Positions 25,695 through 37,313 of a DNA stretch of 64,000 bases are shown piece after piece. The notes under the pieces are model-generated. The model was not told the origin of the DNA, searched no databases, and saw nothing but the letters and a program-made list of their open reading frames with translations. The DNA is from Octopus sinensis (Eukaryota), in NCBI RefSeq assembly GCF_006345805.1, contig NW_021826031.1, positions 372,001 through 436,000 of the forward strand. Direction: 5' to 3'. The translations under genes and the position numbers were made by a program. Each line of letters opens with the position of its first letter. Position 1 is the stretch's first letter.

Positions 25695-26267
25695 TAATTT
25701 CTTTCCACCCATTGGAATCAAGGATGGGCAGTGCTCATGTTCATCCTGATATTATTTTCATTCACCTTGACCAATTATCAGTAATTGAAAAGAATTTCGG
25801 ACTTCGCTGATTGCTATGCTAATAAATCTTATTTCCAATCCACTCACATTAGTCCACCCAATTTTGCTTTTTCTTGTTTCTACGTACTTTTTATGTTATC
25901 TCAGTTGTTAATAATTTACAAATAGGCCGCTTTGTCATCTGAAGGATGAATCAATATCTCAATGGTGATGTGTTAACACGTGATCGAGTTATCTGTCATA
26001 AAATTGTACATGCAGGTTGATTGCGGAGACAAACATGTTCTCAAATACGATTCCACCTTGTTCAGTCGTGTAGCAGATATTTATTGTTTTGAAAGAAATG
26101 AACTGAGATCGGAGAAAAATATTGAGTGATATCTTATGGAGATTAACCTTAGTCAAAGACAAAAGCAGAAAATTAGTCTGTGACAACCTGTATACAATAA
26201 TGCAGATTTATATTTCCTTGATGTACACACTAATGTCGATTCCAATCTTAGAGTGCAGTTTTTTACT

Positions 26268-28852
26268 TTATAATTTTTTTTTGGTAAAATAACAAGTAAA
26301 ATAGAGAAGTTAACTAATTTAGATGAGTCGCCGAGCGGATGGACAGACAATTTCCGCGTAATATCGCGAACGATATCCGCTGAAAAAGCCAGCTCGTTTC
26401 GCGACTGTCGTGACTCCTCCTCGAGATGATTAAACCAATCTCTGAGAGGAGTTGGAGGGCTTTGGGTCCAATTACCCCACTGGTCTCGAAAGCCAGGGGA
26501 ATGAAGCAGCAGGTATCGGTCAAAGAGGCATATTTTGCAGTTTTCCTAGATTCGGCAAGGGCAGATGCAGATCCAGGACGAGAAGCGGAGTCAACCAACG
26601 AAGATGAGAAAATGAGTCTACGCAGGTAACATCCCACACGAGTGCCATTCCCTTCCTGAACGGGAATAAGGTCGACCCGTCAGGGCGTTTTCTATCTCCA
26701 CGGTCTAGTCCTATCGGTTCTAGAAATCCAGCGGCGTCAAGCGCGCGCTTCACAACGTTATTCAATGAGGCGTGCCTGGGGATCCTGCCGGCACTGAGGC
26801 GACAAGAGAGAGGGTGTAAACCTCTCCTGTCAATGAGTTGTCCACATCTGCAATGGTGCGGCTGGCAAATCTCTATGCCAAGCCGTAAACAGATTCCGAT
26901 GCGGACAGATTCGTCGTCCAGCAACATTCCAGCAGAGAAAATCGGCAAAGCGTCAAGCCAATCGGCCGAGTGGGGTTGACAGGCACAATTGATGCTTGCC
27001 AACTGAAATTGGTCAGCACGTAGGCGGATATCTTCGAGTACATTGGAACAATGTATATCATCCCAGTTCTTTTGACCTGAAGGGACGTCCGGGATTTTAA
27101 GCCCACGAGAAATCCACATGTTGACACCCGCCGTATATTCCAACAACTCGGGCTGTTCAGGGGAGGGGAAGAGAACAGAGTTGAAGGAACTAGCAGAGGC
27201 AGACAACGAGGAAAGGTAACATGGGAGGGATAAATCAGCACAAGAACGAATGCCGATGCCCCCGTAGCGAATAGGTAAATTAACCCGTCGCATGTCTGAA
27301 GGTTTGAATTTGATATTTACGAGAAGCTCAAGAGCTTTGGAGACCATGTTGTCGAGACGAGTGATTTTGTTCGAGAAAGCAGGGTGATGAGCGCATGAGA
27401 TAAGTTAGCTTCGGTATAAAGAGATAGTTCTTGAGCAAGAAAAGGCCCAAATGGGATTCAAGTTTGGAAATGCGGGAGATTAGAGTTTCCAATTCTTCGA
27501 GCCTGTCACATAAAGCCTTCTTAGCAGCCTTGCTATTGATTGAAGAACCCAGAATGATAAGGTCATCAAGCTGGGTGATGCCCAGGCCTTCAATATGGTG
27601 AGATAAGGTGGAAAAAATAAGTTTGAATTCCGAAGGGCTCGCAGACAAGCATATCAGCTCGGATTTGGATCCATTCAAAGCGAGCCCAATGGAGGCAAAA
27701 CCAGAAATAATTTTTTCTATATCATTCCTGACGGTCTCCAAAGCCCCGCCGAGAGTAACATCATCGAGGTACCAAATGTTTACCTCAGAGGACAATTGGC
27801 GGGCAATGTGATCAACACCGAGAGAGAATAAAAGGGGCCCAAGAGGGTCGCCTTGTTGAATACCAGTTTCGGACATAATAACATTGTCGCCAAACAAGAG
27901 ACAGCTGGGGGAGGCGTAAAACAGATGGACGATCGGGTATAAGGCAGGGAAACAACATCGGACAGTTTCAAGGATATGATCGCGCCGAATCGAGTTAAAC
28001 GCGTTTTTGACATCAATTTTAAGGAGGAATGGGATTTCAATACATTTTGCAGAAGAAAGCTGCCGTATGCCATGGGCGGCTGCTTCGCAGGCTCCTTTCA
28101 CGCCCACGCCCAGTTGAATTGGCATAAGCTTAGCACTTGCTTCCGGAACCACTGATTGACAAATAATTTTAGCAGCAAGGCTTCTGAAGATGTTGCCCAC
28201 AGCGATAGGCCGTACACCACCATCACTTTTGTTAAGAGCAGTCAGATTTGCGGAAAAGAGTACGTCCCTAGCGAAAGGAGGGATCGTACCAGAGATGATT
28301 CTTGAGCAGAGGGAAGTGATGGCCAACAATAAGCGTCTTCCACCCTCTGCAGTCACAGGGGAAATCAGATCTTTTATATGAATCGGTTTCAAGCCATCGA
28401 TACCCCCACTGCTACTGAATGGGAAAGAGCTGAGGGCGGCAGTTACTTCCGTCGAAGAGACGGGATATATAGAATGGGAATCAGTGACAAGATCTGGGAT
28501 TTCAGATAGATCATCCGGGGCACCGGAGTGTTTAGAGCGCAATTGGTCGAGGATTTTATCGGAAGGGGGGGCAATTGTGGTGTTCGAGGAAGTGACACGT
28601 ACTGCACTCCGAACGTCGCCTTGCATAAGCTTGCTGCGAACCATTCGAGAAATGTCTTGAGTGTTCCGAATTGGACGAGGGAGCCTTTCAGCAGCATGAA
28701 GAGAAAAATAACTGATATCAAATTCTGAATTGTTGAAAAACTCGCAGTTTGTTTTAATTTGCTGCGAGACGGACAAGCGGTCACCACGAAGAGTGCCGTT
28801 TAAAGGGCTGCCCAGACAGACAGGGACAAATGAGAGAAACTTGAGCCAATCG
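26268..28852 (-). mobile_element. 5'-truncated CRE-clade non-LTR retrotransposon (RT plus RLE), frameshifted
   Basis: Motifs RPIAVGNIFR, GIQQGDPLGP, WYLDD, CRCG..HPLSC and RPDG..WDVT..AVETSG. There is an A9 tract at the 3' end (T-run 26274-26282). Coding similarity (DWLKFLSF) runs right up to 28852. Confidence 0.92.
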
Positions 28853-31739
28853 CACTATACTATCTTTGCCGAACAATTTTCAGTCTTTTTAAAAATGGAA
28901 TCCAATCTTATATCTAAACTTTAGCCCTATGTTTGAATAGCTAAACTACCTATTTTATTTTTATGGATTATAAAAATTTTTTGTTGAATAAAATCGTTTT
29001 TGAATAAAATCGTTAACATCAAAAATTTCGACATGTAGTATCCAATAAACTTTACAGACAATTCTTGCAGTTGATTTTTGTATTAAGGGTATGAATTTAG
29101 GCTATTTTTATTTTTGGGTCAATGGCCTGATTAAAATTCAAATTATCTATCCTGAATAGAAATGAACTCAGCTTGAATATCGAAAGTGTTATTTTAATCC
29201 AGAAAAAATGTTAGATTAAAGAATAGGAATCCCGACTATCACAGACTTTTATCAAAAAACATGTAATCCATGTCCGTTTTGCAGCGAGCACAGTCCGTGG
29301 CCATTCTCGTCAAAGACTCTAAATCGTCATATTGTTCTTTAATGACTTCGGAAAGAAAATTTTCGAACTAAACTCATTATTAACAATCCAACGTCGGTGT
29401 CCTTTTTTTCTGCAGCAAGTGAACAAAAATACTCTATTTTTTCCGTAATTTGTTTTTCAGTATTTAATGCAAAACGAATTATTTCGTCGGTTTTTGTCGA
29501 ATTTACGTGCATGGGCTTTTCTAAGTTATGAATAATACTTCGATTGGTGTATAAATGACGTTTCCTCCTCGTCTTTGTTGGTATTGAATGAATTTTCTGG
29601 CATGTGACAATTCCTCGTCTGCCATTTTGTCGAAGAACTTTGCCAGTTTAGGAAGATTTACAGTTGTTTGACTAAAATGAGTGGCCTAAATTTTTTATAA
29701 TAAAAGATTCTACTATGTTCAAGTAAGTGTAAAAAGCTCTTAGTTCATAATTAATTTGAATGTTTATCTGGTCCTCAATTTCAGAAGAGAAATTAAATTT
29801 TCCATCAATTGGACTGCTCATTGGCGGTGCACTAGTAGAAAATGTGTTAATGTAAAACTATTGCGTCTATCATAAAAATGGTTATCCATTATCAAACAAA
29901 ATTATTTTTCGTAAAATTAATAACTTTATTTTAAAGTTCTAATATTTCATTTTCAAAATTACTATTCTACCACTCGGAGGATTTTTTATGGAGCGACTGG
30001 TTAACATATTTTGGGGTAGGACATTCCCAAGGTAATTCAGGAGGCCATTTATCCGATACATTTAACGTGCTCAAAAGTCTTTGCCGAGAAGCCGAATTCT
30101 TTTTAGATTTATCTTTAACTTCATTTTCATTCCACGAGGGAATAACAGGCTTAAATGAAATTGGTTCCTCCGGGAAATCAACATAATGCGGGACTGCTGA
30201 ATGACGCATCCAATTCTCTGAGTCGTCGTGTAGACTCCGAAAATGACTTTTTACTATTTTCTCCACAGGAGAAATGTCGGTAAAATCCATTTTGGCGGGA
30301 ACAGTCAATTTTTGGTTGATTTGAGTTTTGTTTGGAGTAACAGTTTTTTGGAAATTTTCCATTTTGACAGACGGGATGTGTGGTTTGTGGACCAAATTCT
30401 CCTTCATTGTCTCTCCAGTGTTATTTTGAGCATTTTTTGCTCCTTCTGACTTGACGGCACGAATTTGGTGAATGTTTTGAGGTCTATTAGGAGGGTCGAG
30501 ATATCCAGTAAGGTAGTTACTGATCGTACTGTCGTAAATCCTCCCGCTCTTTTGGATAATTGGTTTGAAAGTTGCATTCGATTGTTTTTGATCAAGTCTG
30601 TTTATGTGAGGAATTTCAATGCATCTTTTTTCTATTGCTATTTCACGAGGTTTTAGCACATTTTGCGATTTTATTTTCTTGTTTTTAGGAATCTTTTCGA
30701 AGATTTTTGTACCTGGAAAGTGTTTATTTGGTTGTTCTATAATGCATCGTGGATTGCTTCGATAGGATAAATTGGATAAATCTAAGGGCGGAACAAATAC
30801 CTTTGGTTTCATAACACTCGTTTCCTTGGTTTTTTAATTTTTCTTCATTTTAAAATTAGCAATTTAAACCATTTATTATAAACAAAAAATATCGTTTATT
30901 TTTCGAAAGATTAAGTGATCATTGCCTTTTGTTGCGGCTGTAGACATCGGCACTTTGTGGACGACGTCACGGTCAGGAATGGTATATGCTTCCGACTCGG
31001 TGACTCACTGTAGGCTGTGTAGGAGAATCAGGAATGAACTGAGTTAAGTGAAAGAAGTCGTATTAGGATTCGGAAATTTTCATTTTGTTTGAAACTTTTT
31101 CAGTCTTTTCAATACGCTGGATTGATGAGAGTAGGGAGTTATTTTATTTAAGGTTGGAAATTACTATTAATTTCTTTCCACCCATTGGAATCAAGGATGG
31201 GCAGTGCTCATGTTCATGCTGATATTATTTTCATTCACCTTGACCAATTATCAGTAATTGAAAAGAATTTCTGACTTCGCTGGTTGCTGTGCTAATAAAT
31301 CTTATTTCCAATTCACTCACATTAGTCCACCCAATTTTGCTTTTTCCTTTTTCTACGTACTTTTTATGTTGCCTCGGTTGTTAACAACTTACAAATAGGC
31401 CCATAGTCATCTGAAGGATGAATCAATATCTCAATGGTGATGTGTTAACACGTGATCGAGTTATCTGCCATAAAATTGTACATGCAGGTTGATTGCGGAG
31501 ACAAACATGTTCTCAAATACGATTCCATCTTGTTCAGTCGTGTAGCAGATATTTATTGTTTTGAAAGAAATGAACTGAGATCGGAGAAAAATATTGAGTG
31601 ATATCTTATGGAGATTAACCTTAGTCAAAGACAACAGCAGAAAATTAGTCTATGACAACCTGTATACAATAATGCAGATTTATATTTCCTTGATGTACAC
31701 ACTAATGTTGATTCCAATCTTAGAATGCAGTTTTTTACT
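28853..31739. repeat. Copy 2 of the ~2.9 kb direct duplication, without the pogo
   Basis: Direct sequence comparison with 20653-26267. Confidence 0.95.
29967..30812 (-). CDS. Lineage-specific basic protein, copy 2; 281-aa exon, probably with further exons toward ~29000
   Basis: An uninterrupted ATG-initiated ORF of 281 aa in AT-rich DNA, with no recognisable domain. Confidence 0.55.
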   Translation of the reverse strand: MKPKVFVPPLDLSNLSYRSNPRCIIEQPNKHFPGTKIFEKIPKNKKIKSQNVLKPREIAIEKRCIEIPHINRLDQKQSNATFKPIIQKSGRIYDSTISNYLTGYLDPPNRPQNIHQIRAVKSEGAKNAQNNTGETMKENLVHKPHIPSVKMENFQKTVTPNKTQINQKLTVPAKMDFTDISPVEKIVKSHFRSLHDDSENWMRHSAVPHYVDFPEEPISFKPVIPSWNENEVKDKSKKNSASRQRLLSTLNVSDKWPPELPWECPTPKYVNQSLHKKSSEW

Positions 31740-31873
31740 ATTTGAGGAGGCAAATAATATTGTTCAAAAAGAACACGTTTTTCATTTTTTATGGCGACAA
31801 TTGTTTTTGTAACAAATTATTTTTCTGGCAAATAAGTAAATAAGTTTATTATTGTGAGTTGTATGTTAAGTAG

Positions 31874-31983
31874 TATGTAACATGGGCGGCGCTTTACGTA
31901 TGGGGAGCCTGTTACATTTTTTAACTTTGAAAATTTCTTGATTATCAGGCTGCCCATAGGTATCGCGTAGCCCATGTGACATA
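31874..31983. other. 110-nt GC-rich imperfect hairpin (MITE or structured RNA)
   Basis: tatgtaacatgggc/gcccatgtgacata (13 of 14 paired) and tatggggagcctg/caggctgcccata (12 of 13 paired) form one ~40-bp stem around a ~33-nt AT-rich loop. Confidence 0.6.
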
Positions 31984-31988
31984 TTAAA

Positions 31989-33250
31989 TTATTTCCGACG
32001 TTTTTTTATTTTTGCTGCATTGGCCTTCTGGATTTGCTGGAATAATTCTTGGCTAATTCGATGAGTCGTTTTCACAAGGCATTTGTTGAGTTTGACTGAT
32101 AAATTAAACAAAAAACAACTTTTTGGTCTTTTTTTCAAATCGGCAATGATCTGAGAAGAGGCTGAACAACCTGCAAAGTTTTCCGATAAGTCAAGTTCTT
32201 TCAAATGCCTGCTCAGGGACAACAATTCAGAAATGTTTTGAAAAAGCTCGATTGTAGAAATATCCATTCCCGCCAAAGCCTCGTCAATTTCGTTGTTTGC
32301 CAAATTAAGCCGTTCGATCCACGGAAGAACAATTTTCACTTTTGGTAAATCCCGTTTTTGTTTTTTTCGTTCTTTGTGTAAAAATTATAAATTTCACTTC
32401 TTGTTTTTGGTTTTGAAATTTGTTTTGAATTTTCTACTTTTTCAGATTCGACAAGTGAGGATATGATCGAGATGGTCCCGCAATTTCTCAGCCTGTTGCC
32501 CTCCAAATTGAGGTCCCTGACATGTTTAAGAAAAATAACAATATGGACGTCGAAAGGATCAGCTTTGATATATTCTTCCCACTTGTACTTGTCAAATCGC
32601 AAAAACGTAGACTTAAATTATTCAAAGAGGTGTTTCCCGCCAATTGATTTGCTATGACAGAACAACCCGCGTCTCCAAATCTGATTGAGTGAAAAATATC
32701 ACAACTTATTGCAGTCAAGGTTGACCGTTTTTATGCAATCGAGGGAAGACAAAGCACTGGGAAGTCACAACTGACAAACCTCGCTAATTTCGCTACTTTA
32801 AAACTGTCAATATCAGTCTTGACAAGCACGACTTGGGTCAACTTAAAGTACCCGTCTTTAATCACCCTGTTCTGGTAGTAATGGACCATGATCACCAGTA
32901 GTTCTACGCATTGGTAGGTTAGGGGGATATTAAAAATGTGGAGGACGTTGATATAAGAGTAGCAGGACTGCTTTACTGCAAAACAGAGAGGGAAGAGTCG
33001 AGTTGTTTCTGTCGTTTTTGGATCTGATCTTTCGTCTAGAATTATCTAACTCGAAGTTGAAATAAGCTAAAACCTCAGTAATGACTTTTTGGTTCGAAAT
33101 GGAGTCTTTTAAAGATTTTAGAATTTTTTGGTTAGGAGTAGTGTTGTGATACAGGCACTGGGATTTATAAGTCTGCATTAATCGTTTCATTACACTGGGC
33201 ACTGTTTCGGCCATTCCAGGGGCAAAGGTAGACTTTTGTTGGTTTCTCAT
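31989..33250 (-). CDS. RNI-like leucine-rich-repeat protein, multi-exon
   Basis: LRR units FGDAGCSVIA..LNNLSLRFCDL, DLNLEGNRL, RLNLANNEI and ELDLSEN. Confidence 0.7.
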
Positions 33251-33623
33251 TTAAGACTCGAGTCTCTTGACGATAATTTAACAGTTTATTACGTCAATAA
33301 ATTAAAAAATAATTTAACTTAATTAAATAAATTAAAAAATTGAAATCGATTTGCTAAAAATAATTTATGGACTTAAATGAATTAATATAGAAATTTTTAT
33401 AATTAGATTTTCTTGGTTTTTAATATAATTTTAATTAATTAATAGGTAATAATAATATTTTATATCGGTTAACATTAAATAGTATTAGACAATCATAGAA
33501 TATCGTGAACTTTCTGTTTCTTGTTGTGTTTTGTTTGTGTTTGCTTGTTGTTTGACTGATGATTTGAATGATGAATGGTGTGACTAGTGTTTAATTTTAA
33601 AAATAAAATATTTTTTTTAGAAT

Positions 33624-36600
33624 ATGATTGATACAAACCCAAACATCGACTTTATCGTTGACTCATCAGGATCTCTAAACCTTCCTGCACTCGACGCAGT
33701 AGTAACCTCCCTATACAACGATAGCCCAGACAAAGTAACATCCACACTAATAAACTAGCAAATGCTTGCAGCCAAGGTCCTCGACTGTGTCCTCCAACAT
33801 CCTACCGCTTGGAGAAACGTGGATTCAGTCCTGGGCAGTTCTGCCTCTACAAATACGAAATATTTTGCCCTTCAAATGCTGGAAGAGAGTGTCAAACACA
33901 AATGGAAGTCTTTTGGGACGGAAGCACAGCTCCAGCTAAGGAAATTCATTTTGGGCCTCGTTCTTCAGGAATCAAAACTAGAAAACACCGTTTATGTCGA
34001 TAAATTGAACTTGGTGCTCGTCCAGGTTCGAAATTTGTAGGAAATTTGCAGATCCTTAAACATGAGTGGCCAGAACGGTGGCCTGGGTTTGTGACAGACC
34101 TGATTTCGGTGAGTGTGCAGGACAAGGCGAGGTGTCTCAACACAATAAAGATATTTTCTCTCCTAAGTGAAGAGATTATGTCAGCCCGTTCTCTCACACA
34201 AGTCAGAATAAGGCATATGAAAGACAAATTGAGTTCAAAAGTGTGGGCAATCATAGATTTGTGTCGTTTTATTATGGTTGTTTGATTGTTGTCATTTTTG
34301 TAGGAAAGGTCAGACCAGTCTTCGTTGTTGGTGGAGACTTTGAAGACTTTAAAGTGTTTTGTGACGTGGGTTCCGTTGAATATGTTCCTCGAGTCGGGTT
34401 TGGTGGAGAATTTGTGTGCGGAGTATTTGACGGTGCCTGAATTGAGGAACGGAGCACTGGCATGTCTCACGGAGGTGGTGAGTGGTGATATCGGGGACTA
34501 TGTGGTCAGGATATACGAAAGGGTGATTGAGACCGTCAAAGTGGTAGTTTTCCATAATTTGAGGAAGTAGTTGATCCCCATGGGCATTGATATCCGTACG
34601 GCCTATTCGGAAGGAGGCCACAATGACAGGATATATGTGCAGAATCTGAATTTGTTTCTAACGACTGTTTTGTCGAAGCATATGAGCAGACTGAATGGTG
34701 GAGTGGAGGGGATTCGTTATTTGTTGTTGATATCCCGTGTGGAGGATAAGGAAGTGTTCAGAGTGTCCGTTGAATTTTGGAGTCAGTACGTGTCGGAGGT
34801 GTACGGAGGGAGAGAAAGAGCGCCCGACTGTTTGAATGAACTGAGAATAATAATGATCACCCGAATGGCCCGACCTGAGGAAGTGTTGGTGGTCGAGTTG
34901 GAGGATTCGACTGTAGTGCGGGAGTATATAAAGGACACGGAGTCTGTCACTCTGTACAAGATGATGAGAGAGGTGTTGATCTACCTGACCCACCTCGATT
35001 ATAATGCTACATTGGAATTGATGGTGGAGAGACTGTCCTCTCACCAAGGGGAGTATGGAGTAGTCCACTCCACCACTGACTTGAGCACGACTTGTTGGGC
35101 CATCGGGTCGATTAGTGGCACATTGGTGGAGGATGATGAAAAGAGATTCATCGTGACTGTCATCAAGAGTCTCCTTTCTTTATGTGAGAGTAACCACAAC
35201 AAGAACACAAAGGCCATCCTGGCCGCCAACATAATGTACATTGTCGCACAGTATCCACGTTTCTTGCGTGGGCATTGGAGATTCCTAAAGACGGTGGTTT
35301 ACAAGTTATTTGAGTTTATGCACGGTAAGTGTGTTGGCTGATTGTAGAAATGCACGAGGGAGTGAGGGACATGGCTTGTGACACATTCTACAAATTGGTT
35401 CAGAGGTGTCGGGAAAAGTTTGTTCAGTTGCAGCAAGGACAGTCTGTCCGATTTGTGTTCGAGATTATAAGCAATATGAGTTCGATTGTGAATGATCTGG
35501 CACAGCAACAACTTCTTGTGTTTTATGAGGCTGTGGCCTTTATTGCCAAGCCTGAGCAGTGTTCGATGGGTGTGTCCTTGATTAACAAACTAATGGATTA
35601 TCCCAATAGTTGTTGGAATATTATGTTTGGGAGTATGAACACTGCACAACTCATCAGAATTGTCAGAATCAACATTAGTGTGTGTAAACAGGCTGGAAAT
35701 CACTTTGAAGTGCAGGTTGTCGATTTTTTTGAATGTTTTAGATTGATTTAATTTTGCCTGATTTGATGCGTATATTTGGGCAGTACCAACCGACAATGGA
35801 CTCCCAGTCGGGTATATTGGTGGGGGAGGCACTCCGTTTGGTGTCCACATATTTGGAAGTGTGCAATAACTCTCAATATGTTTTGAGCAATATTGTTCCC
35901 CCTCTCATGTCGACAGTTCTTCCCCATTATTCTGTCCATCATTCCCATCCCGAAGTGATACATTTGATGGCCTCATTGATTGCCTGTCTTAGAGTAGTTC
36001 CTTTATTTTAATTTAAGGAATCCTCCCGGCCTCATTTGTATACTATATTTGGGTCTATTCTGACTGCCACACTGCAAGTGATCAGTGGGGACTTTTCCAG
36101 CTACCCTGAGTATAGAACAGAGTTTGCCGACTTTATATTGTCATGTCTTCGCAACTGTCTGTCTGGAATGATGGAGTTGAGTGAGGACAACCTGGGGATG
36201 ACTATGGACACGATAATGTGGATAGTTCAACACCCAGTTCATGCAGTGTCAGTCAGAGGATTTGACTGTCTGAATGTGCTATTTGGAGGAAAGTTAAAAT
36301 CACATGACATGGGGAAATTCAATGTATTTGTAAAAAAGTACTACATGACGACACTTCAGCATGTTCTCGTCTTAATGTCTGACCCATTGAATACGTCAGG
36401 TATGCACTGCTCTCTATTTTGTAGGAGGAATTAAACACTATTCTCATTTCTTGTCCACTCTTATGGTCTTGGCTGAAGAAATGTCGGAGTCGATTGGTGG
36501 TCAGCCAGATAATGTCAAGTTTGTGTTCGACAGTCTGGTCCATATGATGTCGACCAACAATCCCAATTTCAATATGTATTTGATTGTTGGGTGATCGAGT

Positions 36601-36873
36601 AGTCAGCAGGCGAGGATGTTTGTGGAGGGTTTGTTCAGTTATAACCGAGATTCTAAACGGTTTAAAATGCATTTGAAGGATTATTTAATTCAACTCAGAG
36701 TTTATTCTTGGTTTGTCTATTGTTAGGAGGAGAGGGGTGACAATATACAGGATCTCTATTTGGAGGAGGTTGCTGAAGAGATGGCCAAAGCACGCGAGGA
36801 TAAGAAACTGGCACATTCTAAGGTTCCGGGACTCCTCGATAACGACGAGACTTTTGAAATTAATTTGTGGTGA
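33624..36873 (+). CDS. XPO1: Exportin-1 / CRM1
   Basis: Motifs KLNLVLVQILKHEWP, RMARPEEVLVVE, CWAIGSISG, LCE..NIMYIVAQYPRFLRGHWRFLKTVV.KLFEFMHE.HEGV.DMACDTF and HLKDYLIQ. Resolved introns include 33735-33758, 34026-34051 and 35325-35347. Confidence 0.97.
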
Positions 36874-37229
36874 TTTCTCAGTGTTTTATTCTATTTTGTT
36901 TGATTTTGAGATTAGATTGATCTGCCTTTTTGTAGGGTTCTTTTTAAAGTTACTATTAGCTTTGCCTAAAATTATTTACAGTTTAGATTGCTGTTTTTTA
37001 TTCTTTTTTAAAGCACCATTTCTTTTATTTAAGAAAACGTGTTCGAAAAATTGGTTTCTTAAATCAGCACCTGTCATTATCCCGTTTTTCTTTAATGGCG
37101 GATAACTAGACAATCGAGTTATGTTCTTTCTTAGATTTATTGGTCGTATTTTTACTGTGACAGTCTCCTTAAAATAATAATCGCTTGTAAATGTTTAGTA
37201 TATTTGCGAGTGAAAAAAAGTTCAAAAAA

Positions 37230-37254
37230 GGAAGTAAAAAATAAAAAGGAAGTA
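37230..37254 (+). promoter_or_regulatory. Two tandem ETS-type AGGAAGTA sites upstream of the ETS gene
   Basis: ggaagta at 37230 and 37248 (18-bp spacing), 60-85 bp before the ATG at 37314. Confidence 0.3.
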
Positions 37255-37313
37255 CCGAATGCTAGAACGTTTAAAACCAGGTATCCGTAATACGCAACAA
37301 TTCAAAATCAGAA

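Larger units (their letters stand above)
20653..26267. repeat. Copy 1 of a ~2.9 kb direct duplication, interrupted by a pogo element
   Basis: Collinear with 28853-31739 once 22978-25696 is removed. Begins cactatactat and ends gcagttttttact in both copies. Confidence 0.95.
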
